This document shows positions 7,939-16,925 of a DNA stretch of 58,688 nucleotides, in pieces. The stretch spans positions 1-58,688 of the forward strand of contig PKWQ01000024.1 of NCBI GenBank assembly GCA_003133265.1, in the 5' to 3' direction. Under the pieces are notes generated by a model. That model saw nothing but the letters and a program-made list of their open reading frames with translations. It did not search any database and had not been told where the DNA came from. The translations under genes were made by a program, and so were the position numbers. Source of the DNA: Acetobacteraceae bacterium (lineage in GTDB: Bacteria; Pseudomonadota; Alphaproteobacteria; Acetobacterales; Acetobacteraceae). How positions within the stretch are numbered: the stretch's first letter is position 1; each line of letters begins with the position of its first letter.

Positions 7939-10098
7939 TCAGTGCCGGTTGGTCGTTGGGCCGGGGTTGGGAGCTGTCGTCACCCTGACGCCAGGAGGCG
8001 TCGCCCCAGCCTTGCCCGTGACGCCGTCCGGCATGTGGAAGATGAAGTCAATGACCGACGTATGGCCAAGCGCCAGGTTCGAGCCACCCGGTCCGTCGCC
8101 GCCCGTTGGATTGAGCAGGGTCTCGGTCATGTCCTTCGGAGCGAAGTAGTCGCCGATGGCTTTGAGCGCATCGGCGATCTCTTTGACGATGTCGCGGATA
8201 CCGCCAAAAACCTGGGAAATCCTGCCGCCTTCAAAGCCATCCATGGCATTGAACGCAGTTTGCGCGGCGGTCTTCACGCCATCCCAGGCGGTGGACAGCA
8301 ACCCAAGCGCGGCTTTCACCGTGTCGTTGGACGTGACCTTGGTGACCATGTCGTCCCAGGCGTTCCCCGCCGCCTGCAGGCCATTCATCATCCAGTCGTG
8401 TATTGTGTCCATCGCGCCGTAAAACACCGAGCCGACTGCGTCGCCGAACTCCTTGAGCACGGGCACGACCTCATCCCAGTTGTCGTAGATCTCGTAGCCA
8501 GCCACGGCCAACGCGGCGATCGCCCCCGCCATCAGGCCGATCGGCGTGAGAAGCACCCCCACCAGGCCGGCGATCAGTTCGAACCCGGCAATGACGGCCG
8601 GGGCGACGAAGCCGATCGCGCCGATCGCGGCCAGCACCACCAGCAACCCGCCGCCGAAGGCGAGCACGCCATTGCCCAGGCCGGGCATCTTCTTGTCGAG
8701 CCAATCCATTCCATGGATCAGGCCCAGCAGGCCCTTGTTGACCAGGTGCAGCACCGGCTCGAAGCCGGAGCCCAGGCGATCGACAAGCTGCGTCGTTTCC
8801 TCATGGAACAGCTTCATCTGGCTGTTCACGTCGCGCATCGCCTCGTGGAAATCCTTGTCGATCATGTCGGTGGTGACGTCGTGCGCGATCTCCTTCAGGT
8901 GCTGGTATTCCTCCAGGTTGTGCAGCATCGCCGACGCGAACGTCACGGCCTCCGACGACCGGAACAGATGGTTGAGGATGGCGGTGTCGCTCTGCGCACG
9001 CTGACCCGGATCAGTGATGTGATGGGCCTTCGCCTCACGATCCTGGATCTGCCTGATCTTGCTGAGGATCGCCTCCATCGGGCTGATCCCCTTGCCGGCG
9101 GCGGTCATCAGCACGCCGTCGATATCGACGCCATATTTCTCGAACACCTTGTCTTCCCGCGCCTGCTGGATCTGGCGCAGGAATGTCTCCAGGTTCGTCG
9201 CCGCCATATTTGGCTGCGCCGGGTCGACCACCTTCATGCTGATCTGCATCGCCGCGCCGATCTCTTCCAGCGATCCCATGCCGGTCATGTGGCTCAACTG
9301 CGCCGCCGCCGTGATGCCGGGCATCGACTTCGCCTGGTCGGCGAACAGGAAATGGCCATGCTTGCCCAGCAGCGCCAGCATCCCGAGGGCGCGCTCCATA
9401 TCCGGGGCGCCGATGCCCATGGAGTAATTCAGGCCGAAGGCGGTCTTCGCCGCGTCGCCGACCTGCGTATTGTAGGCGGTGGCGATCTTCGCGCTCAGCG
9501 GGACCAGCTTCTCGACCAGTTGCGTACTCATGCCGGTCAGCGCCATCCAGAAGCCGGCCTCGGCGATCGCGTGACTGCCCTGTGCGGTGTTGATCGCGGT
9601 GCCGGTATAGAGCGCGCGTTGCGACGCCATCATCCGGTCGGCGTCCGGTCCATACTGGTGCGCCGTGATCGCGCTATGGCGCAGCGTGTTGCTGAGTTCG
9701 GAGACCGATTCCAATGGTCCATAGACCGAATAGCCGGCGGCGGCGGCCTGCATCGCGCCGATGTTGCTACTCTTGCCGAAGGTATTTCGTCCCCAGTTCG
9801 CGGTCGCCGAACCCATCCGCTTGACCGACGCCCAGGCGCGGTCGGCGGTCGCCGATACAGTGCGCAGGCTGGACGTGAGGCCACGCACTTCCTGGGTCAG
9901 CGTACGCAGCAAATCACCGCCCCGCTCCAGCTTGCCCAGGGTCAGCTGGTTGCCCTTGCCGCGCAGTTCGTCAAACTGCTTTTTGATGCGGTCCAGCCCA
10001 GCCGACAGCTTGTCTTCCAGCGTCAGCGTGAAGGCCGCTTTCATGCTGGTGCTCATTGCCGCGCTGCCTTCACCTTCTTTAGATATTCCGACATGCAC
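7939..10098 (-). CDS. tail tape measure protein
   Basis: 719-aa ORF downstream of the chaperone gene, with a helical N-terminal part and a Gly/Ala-rich hydrophobic segment (GLLVVLAAIGAIGFVAPAVIAGFELIAGLVGVLL). Confidence 0.85.
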   Translation of the reverse strand: MHVGISKEGEGSAAMSTSMKAAFTLTLEDKLSAGLDRIKKQFDELRGKGNQLTLGKLERGGDLLRTLTQEVRGLTSSLRTVSATADRAWASVKRMGSATANWGRNTFGKSSNIGAMQAAAAGYSVYGPLESVSELSNTLRHSAITAHQYGPDADRMMASQRALYTGTAINTAQGSHAIAEAGFWMALTGMSTQLVEKLVPLSAKIATAYNTQVGDAAKTAFGLNYSMGIGAPDMERALGMLALLGKHGHFLFADQAKSMPGITAAAQLSHMTGMGSLEEIGAAMQISMKVVDPAQPNMAATNLETFLRQIQQAREDKVFEKYGVDIDGVLMTAAGKGISPMEAILSKIRQIQDREAKAHHITDPGQRAQSDTAILNHLFRSSEAVTFASAMLHNLEEYQHLKEIAHDVTTDMIDKDFHEAMRDVNSQMKLFHEETTQLVDRLGSGFEPVLHLVNKGLLGLIHGMDWLDKKMPGLGNGVLAFGGGLLVVLAAIGAIGFVAPAVIAGFELIAGLVGVLLTPIGLMAGAIAALAVAGYEIYDNWDEVVPVLKEFGDAVGSVFYGAMDTIHDWMMNGLQAAGNAWDDMVTKVTSNDTVKAALGLLSTAWDGVKTAAQTAFNAMDGFEGGRISQVFGGIRDIVKEIADALKAIGDYFAPKDMTETLLNPTGGDGPGGSNLALGHTSVIDFIFHMPDGVTGKAGATPPGVRVTTAPNPGPTTNRH

Positions 10099-10223
10099 GC
10101 GAGCCAGAAGCCCGTCTCGCGCAGCGTCAGGCTATCCAGTTCGGCCTTCGAGAAGCTGAAGTGGCCGCCGATCGCGCCCAGGGTTACCTGGAACTCCGCC
10201 GGCCACTCCCGCACAAAAAAAGG
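10053..10223 (-). other. -1 frame extension of the tail assembly chaperone (frameshift product C-terminus)
   Basis: The -1 frame is open from the slippery site to a stop at 10053 and reads ...PFFVREWPAEFQVTLGAIGGHFSFSKAELDSLTLRETGFWLACMSEYLKKVKAARQ. It overlaps the tape measure start. Confidence 0.6.
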
Positions 10224-10873
10224 ATCACCTGGTTGACCGCCATCGCATCGGCGCCATCCATCGCATCCACCAGGAATTTTGCCGATTTCGGCGTGATGCC
10301 GGTGGCGAGCGCGACACCCCAGTCCAGCAGGTTCGGCGCCTCGGCCGCCTGGCGGCGCTGCGCGGCGGTCAGGCGCTTGAACTGCACATCGGTGTGGATG
10401 GTGCCTTCCTCGTCCGCCACCGGCTGCCATAGCGGCAGCGTGACGCCGTCCGGCGTTTCCGTGGCGTGTTCCGGCAGGCCCATCTTCATGCCGCCGAGCA
10501 GCTCGCCCACCACCTCGTTGGCGGCGGAATCGTCCCGGGCGTCCATGATCTGCTGCAACAGGTGCAGCTTGGCGGCGCCGAGGCCCGAGGCCAGTGCCAG
10601 CGCCATCGCGGTCGGGTTCTTCGCGCCAATCATCTTGCGCACGTCGACGCCGCTCAGGCGGCGCAGCGTCAGGCTGTCGACCGGCTCCTCGCGCACCACC
10701 TGGTCGGAACCAGGCTGGCGGAATTTCAGCGTCTTCGGATACTCCAGCGTCAGCGTGACGCTGCCGTCCGCGTTCAGCACGGCGTTCGGCGGCAGATCCA
10801 TCGCCGGGCCGTCGCTCAGCATCGGAACCGAGATATCCGGCGCGATGTCGCCGATACGGATTGGGGTCTCCAT
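10184..10873 (-). CDS. tail assembly chaperone, Mu gp41-like (0-frame product)
   Basis: 229-aa ORF between the tube and tape measure genes. It carries the slippery heptamer near its 3' end. Confidence 0.75.
   Translation of the reverse strand: METPIRIGDIAPDISVPMLSDGPAMDLPPNAVLNADGSVTLTLEYPKTLKFRQPGSDQVVREEPVDSLTLRRLSGVDVRKMIGAKNPTAMALALASGLGAAKLHLLQQIMDARDDSAANEVVGELLGGMKMGLPEHATETPDGVTLPLWQPVADEEGTIHTDVQFKRLTAAQRRQAAEAPNLLDWGVALATGITPKSAKFLVDAMDGADAMAVNQVILFLCGSGRRSSR
10214..10220 (-). promoter_or_regulatory. slippery heptamer T_TTT_TTG for -1 programmed ribosomal frameshift
   Basis: The 0-frame reads CTT TTT TTG and the -1 frame reads CCT TTT TTT GTG. This fits X_XXY_YYZ at the position conserved in tail chaperone genes. 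Confidence 0.6.
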
Positions 10874-10876
10874 GGC

Positions 10877-11230
10877 TCAGGTCTCCAGCGGCGTGCCGCC
10901 GCCAAAGGTGATTTCCATCTCGCTGCTGTCGCCGGAGGTGACCGGGATGACGCCGGTGATGAAGGCGTTCTCCCAGGTGAAGGTCTGGCCGCTGTCGCAC
11001 CGCACCTGCAGCTCGCCGGCGACGCCGCGGACATAGGTGGTGGTGATCGGCACACCCTTCTGCACGGGGACCTTCAGCTTGACCTCGGACGCCTCCATGG
11101 CGTTGGAGAAATCCACGGTGCCCCCGACTACCTGCGGCTTGCTGGACATCCCGCCCAGGGTGAAGGTGGACCCCGGCTTCAGCGGAACGTCATTCCCCAG
11201 CCAGGATGACTCCATAACGCCAAACAACAT
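10877..11230 (-). CDS. tail tube protein, Mu gpM-like
   Basis: 117-aa ORF immediately downstream of the sheath gene. Confidence 0.8.
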   Translation of the reverse strand: MLFGVMESSWLGNDVPLKPGSTFTLGGMSSKPQVVGGTVDFSNAMEASEVKLKVPVQKGVPITTTYVRGVAGELQVRCDSGQTFTWENAFITGVIPVTSGDSSEMEITFGGGTPLET

Positions 11231-11236
11231 GGTGGC

Positions 11237-12739
11237 TTACTCCCCGCCGACGTTGAAGCTGAGCACGCCGGCATCGACGATATTGTTGCCGATGCGCGTG
11301 TAGAAAAGCTGCTGGTCCATCCGGTTCGGGTCGTTGGCGTTGATCATGAACATAGATCGCTTCGCCTGGTTCACCTCGTCCACGACCCAGGCGTTCTTGG
11401 CGTAGACCATCATCCGCGCCGCCCAGCTGCCCTTGAGGATTCTCGCGGTAAGGACGTTCGTGTTGGCCGCCGCCGCCAGGCTGCCGTCCGGCGCCTGCTT
11501 CATGTTCGGGTACAGCAGATAGACATAGGTCTGCCAATCATAGCGGATGGCGGTGGCGACGGCGGCGATCATGATGTCGCCGGTCCAGCCGGGATCGGCG
11601 ATGCCCTGCGCGTTGGTGAGATAGGTGGAATAGTAGCGCTTGATCGACATCGTGCCGTTGTGCGCGACGTTGAACACCGAGCAGCCGCCGGTCAGCAGCA
11701 TCTCCTGCTGCGCCTCGGTCGGCACGTTCGCCGGCACCGGGCCGAGCATGCCGGGCAACGCGATCTGATTGAGTTGGCGCGAGGGGTCGTTGATCAGCGC
11801 CTGCGCCACCGCACCCATGACGGACCCAACGATCGCCCAGGGCGGCGACTGCGGCGCGGTCAGCGGCGACGAATAGATGAACCGCGCGTTCGCCGCTGCC
11901 GCCTTGGTAAGCTGCTGGCCCTGCGTGCCGGTGAACGGCACATGGCCGCGCATGTCCAGCCGGACCATGGCGTTGTAGCGGCGCTCGCATTCGGCCGCCA
12001 GTTCGGCGACGTTGGTGGTGTCCTGCCAGGCGATGCCGACGTCGGTGTACCAACGCGTCGGCACCAGGGCCAACGCGGCGGTGGTGTCGGGGTTGGTGGC
12101 GCCCTGCACCGTCTGCACGACGTTGATCGTCAGGCCGGCCGGCATCACGTCGCCGTCGGCCGGGTTCTGCACGAACTGGATATCGTTGGCGGCGAGGCCG
12201 GCGTTCTTCGCTGTCGCGGTGACGACGGCACCCGTGACGGTCGCGACCAGCGGCAGCGTGGGGAGAGCGTTCATCGCCGCGGCCCATTCGGTGGCGGCCA
12301 CCGATGCTATGTCGCCGGCGATGGTGCCGATGGTGACGCGCTGCCCCGCGATATTCATCGGCGGCGTGCCGTTGCCGGTAGCCGGCCCGGCGAACGTCAG
12401 CGTCCACACCGCCTTGGCCGATCCCGAGCCATCGACGACGCAGATGATGTCCAGCGGCACGGTCTGGTTGGTCGCCAGATGCGCGGCGACCATGCCGTCG
12501 ACGATGCTGCCCGGGCCGCCCAGCGCGCGCGCGGCCGAGGCGGTGGTGATGTTCGGATACACGGTCAGCGGGATCGCGGTGCCGGACGGCGTCATCTGGG
12601 CGATGATCAGACAGCGCGCCGGCATCGCCAGGATGCCGACCTGCTGGTAGCTCGGGCGGATCTCGACCTTGGAGCCGGGGACTTGCCAGTTCGCCGGGAT
12701 TTCGTTGAACGTGATGTTCGGCTGCACGGTTCCGGACAT
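11237..12739 (-). CDS. contractile tail sheath protein, Mu gpL-like
   Basis: 500-aa ORF in the canonical sheath-tube-chaperone-tape measure order. Confidence 0.85.
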   Translation of the reverse strand: MSGTVQPNITFNEIPANWQVPGSKVEIRPSYQQVGILAMPARCLIIAQMTPSGTAIPLTVYPNITTASAARALGGPGSIVDGMVAAHLATNQTVPLDIICVVDGSGSAKAVWTLTFAGPATGNGTPPMNIAGQRVTIGTIAGDIASVAATEWAAAMNALPTLPLVATVTGAVVTATAKNAGLAANDIQFVQNPADGDVMPAGLTINVVQTVQGATNPDTTAALALVPTRWYTDVGIAWQDTTNVAELAAECERRYNAMVRLDMRGHVPFTGTQGQQLTKAAAANARFIYSSPLTAPQSPPWAIVGSVMGAVAQALINDPSRQLNQIALPGMLGPVPANVPTEAQQEMLLTGGCSVFNVAHNGTMSIKRYYSTYLTNAQGIADPGWTGDIMIAAVATAIRYDWQTYVYLLYPNMKQAPDGSLAAAANTNVLTARILKGSWAARMMVYAKNAWVVDEVNQAKRSMFMINANDPNRMDQQLFYTRIGNNIVDAGVLSFNVGGE

Positions 12740-12742
12740 GGA

Positions 12743-12961
12743 CTATTCCCCCTTCGTCGCGGCGGCGGCGGATGCGACCGGGGTCGCCGGCCGCGCGGTG
12801 GCGGCCGGCACTTCGACCAGGTCGCCGCATGCCAGGCACTTCCGGATATAGGGCGTGTCGTAGACCTCGCGCGGCACTCCCTGCTCGAAATAGGTGCCCT
12901 TCAGGTTCTCGACCGCGACACGGCGATCGGCGCCGCCGGGCTGGACGGTGATGCGGTTCAT
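12743..12961 (-). CDS. small phage protein, Mu gp38 position
   Basis: ORF 12743..13024 trimmed to MNRITVQPGG... at 12961, which has an ATGA overlap with the upstream gene. Confidence 0.6.
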   Translation of the reverse strand: MNRITVQPGGADRRVAVENLKGTYFEQGVPREVYDTPYIRKCLACGDLVEVPAATARPATPVASAAAATKGE

Positions 12962-13557
12962 GATGTCCCCGTGTTGGTGATGGTGTCGGTCAGGTCGGCG
13001 CCGGTGTCGGCGCCGAAGGTCCATTGGATCTGCTGCATCGCCAGCGTGGCCGGCGTCAGGTCATCGCCGGTCAGCAGGTTCGCCAGCGACAGGTCGGCCT
13101 TCACGGTCAGCTCGATCGCGCCGACGCCGAGGTTCGGGTCCTGGCCTTCCTCGATAAACGCCGAGGCAGCATCGTTGACCTGGATCGATCCCAGGCCCGG
13201 CAGCGTGAACCCGTGCAATATGGCGGCGGCGACCTGGATCAGGCTGAGCTGGCCCGGCGCGAAGTCGTCGCCGAACAGCAGGCCTTCCTGGCCGCGTTCG
13301 TTCTTCGTGGCCACATAGACCGACCAGTCCGACAGGACGTTCAGTGCGCCGGTCGTCTGCGCCCGATGGAACCGGTTGAAGCCGATGGCGACCAGCGGCA
13401 GCCGCTCGGTCAGCCGGCGCCACACCTCGCGATCGACGCGGGCCGGCATCCAGCGATGGGTGAACACCTTGGGCGGGAACGCTAGCTCCAGCCGGGCTTT
13501 GATGGCTTTCGCGATCTGCTCCAGCGGCCCCTGGCGGGTGATGCTGACGCCCGCCAT
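12958..13557 (-). CDS. head-tail joining/tail completion protein, Mu gp37 position
   Basis: 199-aa ORF between the gp36-like and gp38-like genes. The assignment is positional. Confidence 0.65.
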   Translation of the reverse strand: MAGVSITRQGPLEQIAKAIKARLELAFPPKVFTHRWMPARVDREVWRRLTERLPLVAIGFNRFHRAQTTGALNVLSDWSVYVATKNERGQEGLLFGDDFAPGQLSLIQVAAAILHGFTLPGLGSIQVNDAASAFIEEGQDPNLGVGAIELTVKADLSLANLLTGDDLTPATLAMQQIQWTFGADTGADLTDTITNTGTS

Positions 13558-13973
13558 CAGAAGCCGCCGTACATGGGCGGGCGCCCGGTGGAGACCTGGG
13601 CGTGGCTCTCGTCGCCGGCGGCGACCTCATCCAGTTCCAGCACCACCTTGCCCACCGAGACATCGCGCAGCCAGTCCATCGCATCCTTGTGGCGGACGCG
13701 CACTTCCTCCGAGCAGGTCTTCTGGTCGCCGCTGGACAGCTTGAAGCGGGCGATGTCGCAGCAGGTGTCGGTCACCACGGCCGGCGGCACGTCCATCGGC
13801 ACGCGGTAGCGGCGGCCGATATAGCTATCCATGATCGCGCCGGCGCTGTTCAGCGCGGTCTCCGCGACGGTCGCGACGACGCCATCCATCTCCTGGTCGG
13901 ACGGAGTGGTCAGCCGGACCATCTCCGTCGCGCCGAAGCGGTTGATCATGTCATTGACCGTCGCGTAGGCCAT
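13557..13973 (-). CDS. head completion protein, Mu gp36-like
   Basis: 138-aa ORF MAYATVNDMINRFG...; the N-terminus resembles the gp36 (DUF1320-type) family as I remember it. Confidence 0.7.
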   Translation of the reverse strand: MAYATVNDMINRFGATEMVRLTTPSDQEMDGVVATVAETALNSAGAIMDSYIGRRYRVPMDVPPAVVTDTCCDIARFKLSSGDQKTCSEEVRVRHKDAMDWLRDVSVGKVVLELDEVAAGDESHAQVSTGRPPMYGGF

Positions 13974-13974
13974 G

Positions 13975-14226
13975 TCAGGCTTTCGCGGCCTTGGCCGGAG
14001 CGGCCTTGGCCTTCTCGGGCTCAGCCTTCGCCGCCTCGTGCTCCAGCGCGACGATGTGCTCCTCGGTCAGCTTGTGGCCGACGACGACGCTGATGTGCGG
14101 ATCGGCGATCAGATCGCGTAGTTGCGCGGGCGTGTGGGCGCCCGGCTCGTAGGCCGCATGGGCCGGATTGGAACGGCCGCCCCGGTTCATGCCGGGACGA
14201 GCGCACATCACGTGATACTGCTGCAA
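13975..14226 (-). CDS. small phage protein, FluMu gp35/HI1506-like
   Basis: 83 aa with a TTG start 7 nt after AGGAG. It contains ...RGGRSNP.H...TPAQLRDLIADPHISVV... and a Lys/Ala-rich tail, and sits directly after the capsid gene. Confidence 0.65.
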   Translation of the reverse strand: MQQYHVMCARPGMNRGGRSNPAHAAYEPGAHTPAQLRDLIADPHISVVVGHKLTEEHIVALEHEAAKAEPEKAKAAPAKAAKA

Positions 14227-14294
14227 CGGAACACTCCTTTGGTTCAGGCGATACGCCGCACAGGCGGCGCACCCAGATGCCGTCAGTCAGACGG

Positions 14295-15227
14295 TCAGTT
14301 CAGCCACTCGTTTTCCAGCGTCGTGAACATCCCGCGCGCCGGGTTCGGATACAGCCCGACCGTGGTGCCCGCGACGAAGGTGCTGGAATAGGTGTTGGGA
14401 ATTTGCGCATCCTCGGCGAGCGCCTTGGCGATCGGGTAGTTGCCGCTGCCGGTGACCAGCAGCGTCCCGCGGATGCCCATCGGCGCGCCGTCCGGACGGC
14501 GATAGGTGGCCATCGCCGCGCGAGCCGCCAGAAGGTTTTCCACCGTCAGCGGCGCCTGCGACATATAGCCGAGCTGCCAGATGCCGAAGCCGGCGTTGCA
14601 GCGCCCATCCACGCCCCACTCGAATTCCTTGTTCCAGAACACCTGTTGGTCCGTCATCGAGAATTTCGGGATGACCGCGAACGGCCGGCGGCGCTGGAAA
14701 ATCGTCGGCCGCAGGATTTGACTGACGTCGAACAGGTACCAGACCGGGCTGCCGCCGGCGACGTAATTCAGGCTCGACGCGGAGCCACCTATGGGGGTGT
14801 AGTCCGGGTGCGCGGTGTCGAAGAAGTTCTGCCCGTCATAGCAGGGCGTCGTATGGCCGTTCTTCAGCAGGCCGGCCATCAGAAGGTCCGGCAGCCGCCC
14901 GGCATTCAGGCCCATCTGCCCGGCGACGGGTGCCAGCATGCTGAACTTGTCGTCCTCGATGTCGGTGCGCGCGATGGAGATCGTCTGCTCGAACAGGCGG
15001 TTCGTGATCGTAAAACTCACCTGCGACAGGCTCTGCACCACCCGATCGCCGAGCCATTCGCGCAGCCCGGCGAGTTCGGCGAGGCGCGGGTAGATTTCCG
15101 CCGCGCCGGAGGAACTCGACTGGAAGGTGAAGGCGTCGTAGCGCGTGCCAGTCGCGTAGAGCTGGCTGTTGAACGACATCGAGATGCCGTCGTTGATACT
15201 CGCGAGCGCCGGGAATGTGATTTCCAT
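14295..15227 (-). CDS. major capsid protein, Mu gpT-like
   Basis: 310-aa ORF MEITFPALASINDGISMSFNSQLY...; the length and its position after the protease/scaffold gene fit the gpT family. Confidence 0.85.
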   Translation of the reverse strand: MEITFPALASINDGISMSFNSQLYATGTRYDAFTFQSSSSGAAEIYPRLAELAGLREWLGDRVVQSLSQVSFTITNRLFEQTISIARTDIEDDKFSMLAPVAGQMGLNAGRLPDLLMAGLLKNGHTTPCYDGQNFFDTAHPDYTPIGGSASSLNYVAGGSPVWYLFDVSQILRPTIFQRRRPFAVIPKFSMTDQQVFWNKEFEWGVDGRCNAGFGIWQLGYMSQAPLTVENLLAARAAMATYRRPDGAPMGIRGTLLVTGSGNYPIAKALAEDAQIPNTYSSTFVAGTTVGLYPNPARGMFTTLENEWLN

Positions 15228-15233
15228 GAAGTG

Positions 15234-15647
15234 TTAGCTCCCGAGGAGTTTGACGTAGGTCTGGCCGTTCTCGATCCCGGCCAGGGTGCCGACCTGCAGG
15301 TTGCTGCCGACCGTCAGGGTGAGGGTATTGTCGTCGGTGGCGTAGACCGCGGCGCCGATGTTGCTGACCGTCGCGGCGGGCACCGTCAGGGCATAGCTGC
15401 CCTTCAGACCCTCCACGGCGCCGATCGGACTGACGGCGGAGCTGGCGCTGTTGTCGTAGTCCTTGCTCGCCAGGCCGTGGAACACGACAGACCCGCTGGT
15501 CTGGATGCGCTGGCAGCTGCCGGCGGCATTCAGCGCCAGCAGGCCACCGCGCCAGATCCGTTCACCCGCCGCCACCGGGTAACCGAAGATGCCGGCGGTC
15601 GGCGGCGCGCCGCGGCGCGATGGGCCATAGCCCGCTGTCAGTGCCAC
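15234..15647 (-). CDS. head-associated protein (possible decoration protein, DUF2190-like)
   Basis: 137-aa ORF between the scaffold and capsid genes. The family call is from memory and tentative. Confidence 0.55.
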   Translation of the reverse strand: MALTAGYGPSRRGAPPTAGIFGYPVAAGERIWRGGLLALNAAGSCQRIQTSGSVVFHGLASKDYDNSASSAVSPIGAVEGLKGSYALTVPAATVSNIGAAVYATDDNTLTLTVGSNLQVGTLAGIENGQTYVKLLGS

Positions 15648-16676
15648 TTATGCGGCCCTCCCGTCTGTGGTTGTGGAGTGCGTCTTCTTGAACTCGGCGA
15701 ACTTCTTCGGGTCGAGACCCATCTTGGTCGCGACCGCCTTGTCCGTCGGGGTCAGCCCGTCGCCGCCGCCATCCGGGTTCTGCGCGTTCAGGACGACGGC
15801 GTTGCCGGCGGTGTTGATCGAGACCATGGCGGCGATCTCGGTTTCCACCGGCTTCGGATCGGCGATGTGCCGGGCGATGTAGTGATCGCGCAGCGCGACG
15901 ATCGGCTTGCCGGCCTTGATCGAGGCATCGACGAACGTCTCGGCGGCGTGCCGGGCGGTGTCGTTGCGCATCGTCGCGACCTGGGTTTCCAGGCTGGTGA
16001 TCGTCGCCGCCATCCGCTCCACGCTGGTGGCGTTGGCGCGCTGGGTTTGCAGCGCGGTCACCACGTCCGTGACTGGCGCGGTGGGCGCCAGGCCGACGGC
16101 GGTGGCGATGGTGCCGATCTGCTGGGCGTGCGCGGTGATTGCCTGGTGGTTGGCCGTGACGGCCGCCAGGATCGCCGCTTCGTCCGCTGTCTCGGGCAAG
16201 CCGAGTGCGGCACGAAGTTTGACCAGGTCCATTCCTGTCTCCCGATGATGAAGCTTGTGAAGGTCTGCGAGGTTGGGGGCGTTCGTCAGCGCCGCGCGCA
16301 GGATGCGCAGGACGGCGCCGTCCTTGGTGGCTTCGAAGACGGGGCTGATGCCGCGATAGGCGCGCTCGGTCATCAGCTGGACGCCGGGCGGGGTCCAATC
16401 GACCTTGCCCCAGATGCCGTCGGCGCGGGCTTCCATCGCCACGATCCAGCCACGGGCCGGACTGGGCTGGCCGGAAGCGCCGGCAAGATCGATGGAATGG
16501 TTTTCGTCGATCGCCGGCTTTTCGCCGTTCGCCATGCTGGCGGCGATGACCGCCTGGGCGTCGGTCAGCTTATAGGGGCCGCGCCCGTCCACACCCTTGA
16601 AGGTGCCAGCGGGCACCAGGTGCACCCACTCGGGCACACCTTCAGGCAGCAGGACGTGGTGACGGGCGATCAGCAT
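15648..16676 (-). CDS. head maturation protease / scaffold, Mu gpI-like
   Basis: ORF 15648..16709 is probably best started at MLIARHHVLLPEGVPEWVHLVPAGTFKGVDGRGPY... (16676). The C-terminal half is helical and scaffold-like. The alternative start is 16709. Confidence 0.8.
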   Translation of the reverse strand: MLIARHHVLLPEGVPEWVHLVPAGTFKGVDGRGPYKLTDAQAVIAASMANGEKPAIDENHSIDLAGASGQPSPARGWIVAMEARADGIWGKVDWTPPGVQLMTERAYRGISPVFEATKDGAVLRILRAALTNAPNLADLHKLHHRETGMDLVKLRAALGLPETADEAAILAAVTANHQAITAHAQQIGTIATAVGLAPTAPVTDVVTALQTQRANATSVERMAATITSLETQVATMRNDTARHAAETFVDASIKAGKPIVALRDHYIARHIADPKPVETEIAAMVSINTAGNAVVLNAQNPDGGGDGLTPTDKAVATKMGLDPKKFAEFKKTHSTTTDGRAA

Positions 16677-16682
16677 GACGGG

Positions 16683-16729
16683 AAGGTAGGCAGCCCCCCG
16701 GCGGCACATTCACCGACGCGCGTCGGTCA
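16683..16729 (-). promoter_or_regulatory. candidate activator-dependent late promoter (20-bp palindrome plus TACCTT -10-like hexamer)
   Basis: Palindrome tcaccgacgcgcgtcggtca at 16710-16729. TACCTT (minus strand, 16688-16683) ends 6 nt before the ATG at 16676. The palindrome centre lies 43.5 nt from that ATG. Confidence 0.5.
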
Positions 16730-16925
16730 GCCGGCTTTTCTTCCTCGCGCGGGCGGCGCGCACATGAACGCATAGGGGCGCGCACGGCAGCGTGAGGATA
16801 GGGTGGCTGCCGACATACCGGGTGCACCGTGGAGGTTCTCTTAACCCCATTCTTAGCTCTCTTATCCGTCCATTATCCAGCGGGGCGACTCGGCGTGTCG
16901 TGCCGCGATGATTGATCGCCCTCAA
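16710..16925 (-). CDS. possible small basic ORF in the G-I gap (may be non-coding)
   Basis: 71 codons from TTG at 16925, or 46 from ATG at 16850. It is Arg-rich and its stop lies inside the palindrome. I recognise no homology. Confidence 0.2.
   Translation of the reverse strand: MRAINHRGTTRRVAPLDNGRIRELRMGLREPPRCTRYVGSHPILTLPCAPLCVHVRAARARKKSRLTDARR

Noticed and set aside
7942-10236. Very long plus-strand ORFs antisense to prophage genes. Examples: 7942..10236, 11660..13318, 14277..16775, 19467..20891, 21584..23410 and 29930..31414.
   Set aside because: Their translations are Arg/Gly/Ala/Pro/His-rich and low in complexity, with no recognisable motifs. Each lies opposite a minus-strand ORF with clear phage homology and translational coupling. 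These are typical shadow ORFs of high-GC DNA.
14227-14294. Two short hairpins (CCGTC-TGACT-GACGG and GCGCCGC-CTGT-GCGGCGT) between the capsid gene and the next gene, considered as a terminator.
   Set aside because: The stems are short (5-6 bp) and there is no U-tract. At most this is a weak attenuator or RNA-stability element, and it is not supportable as a terminator from sequence alone.
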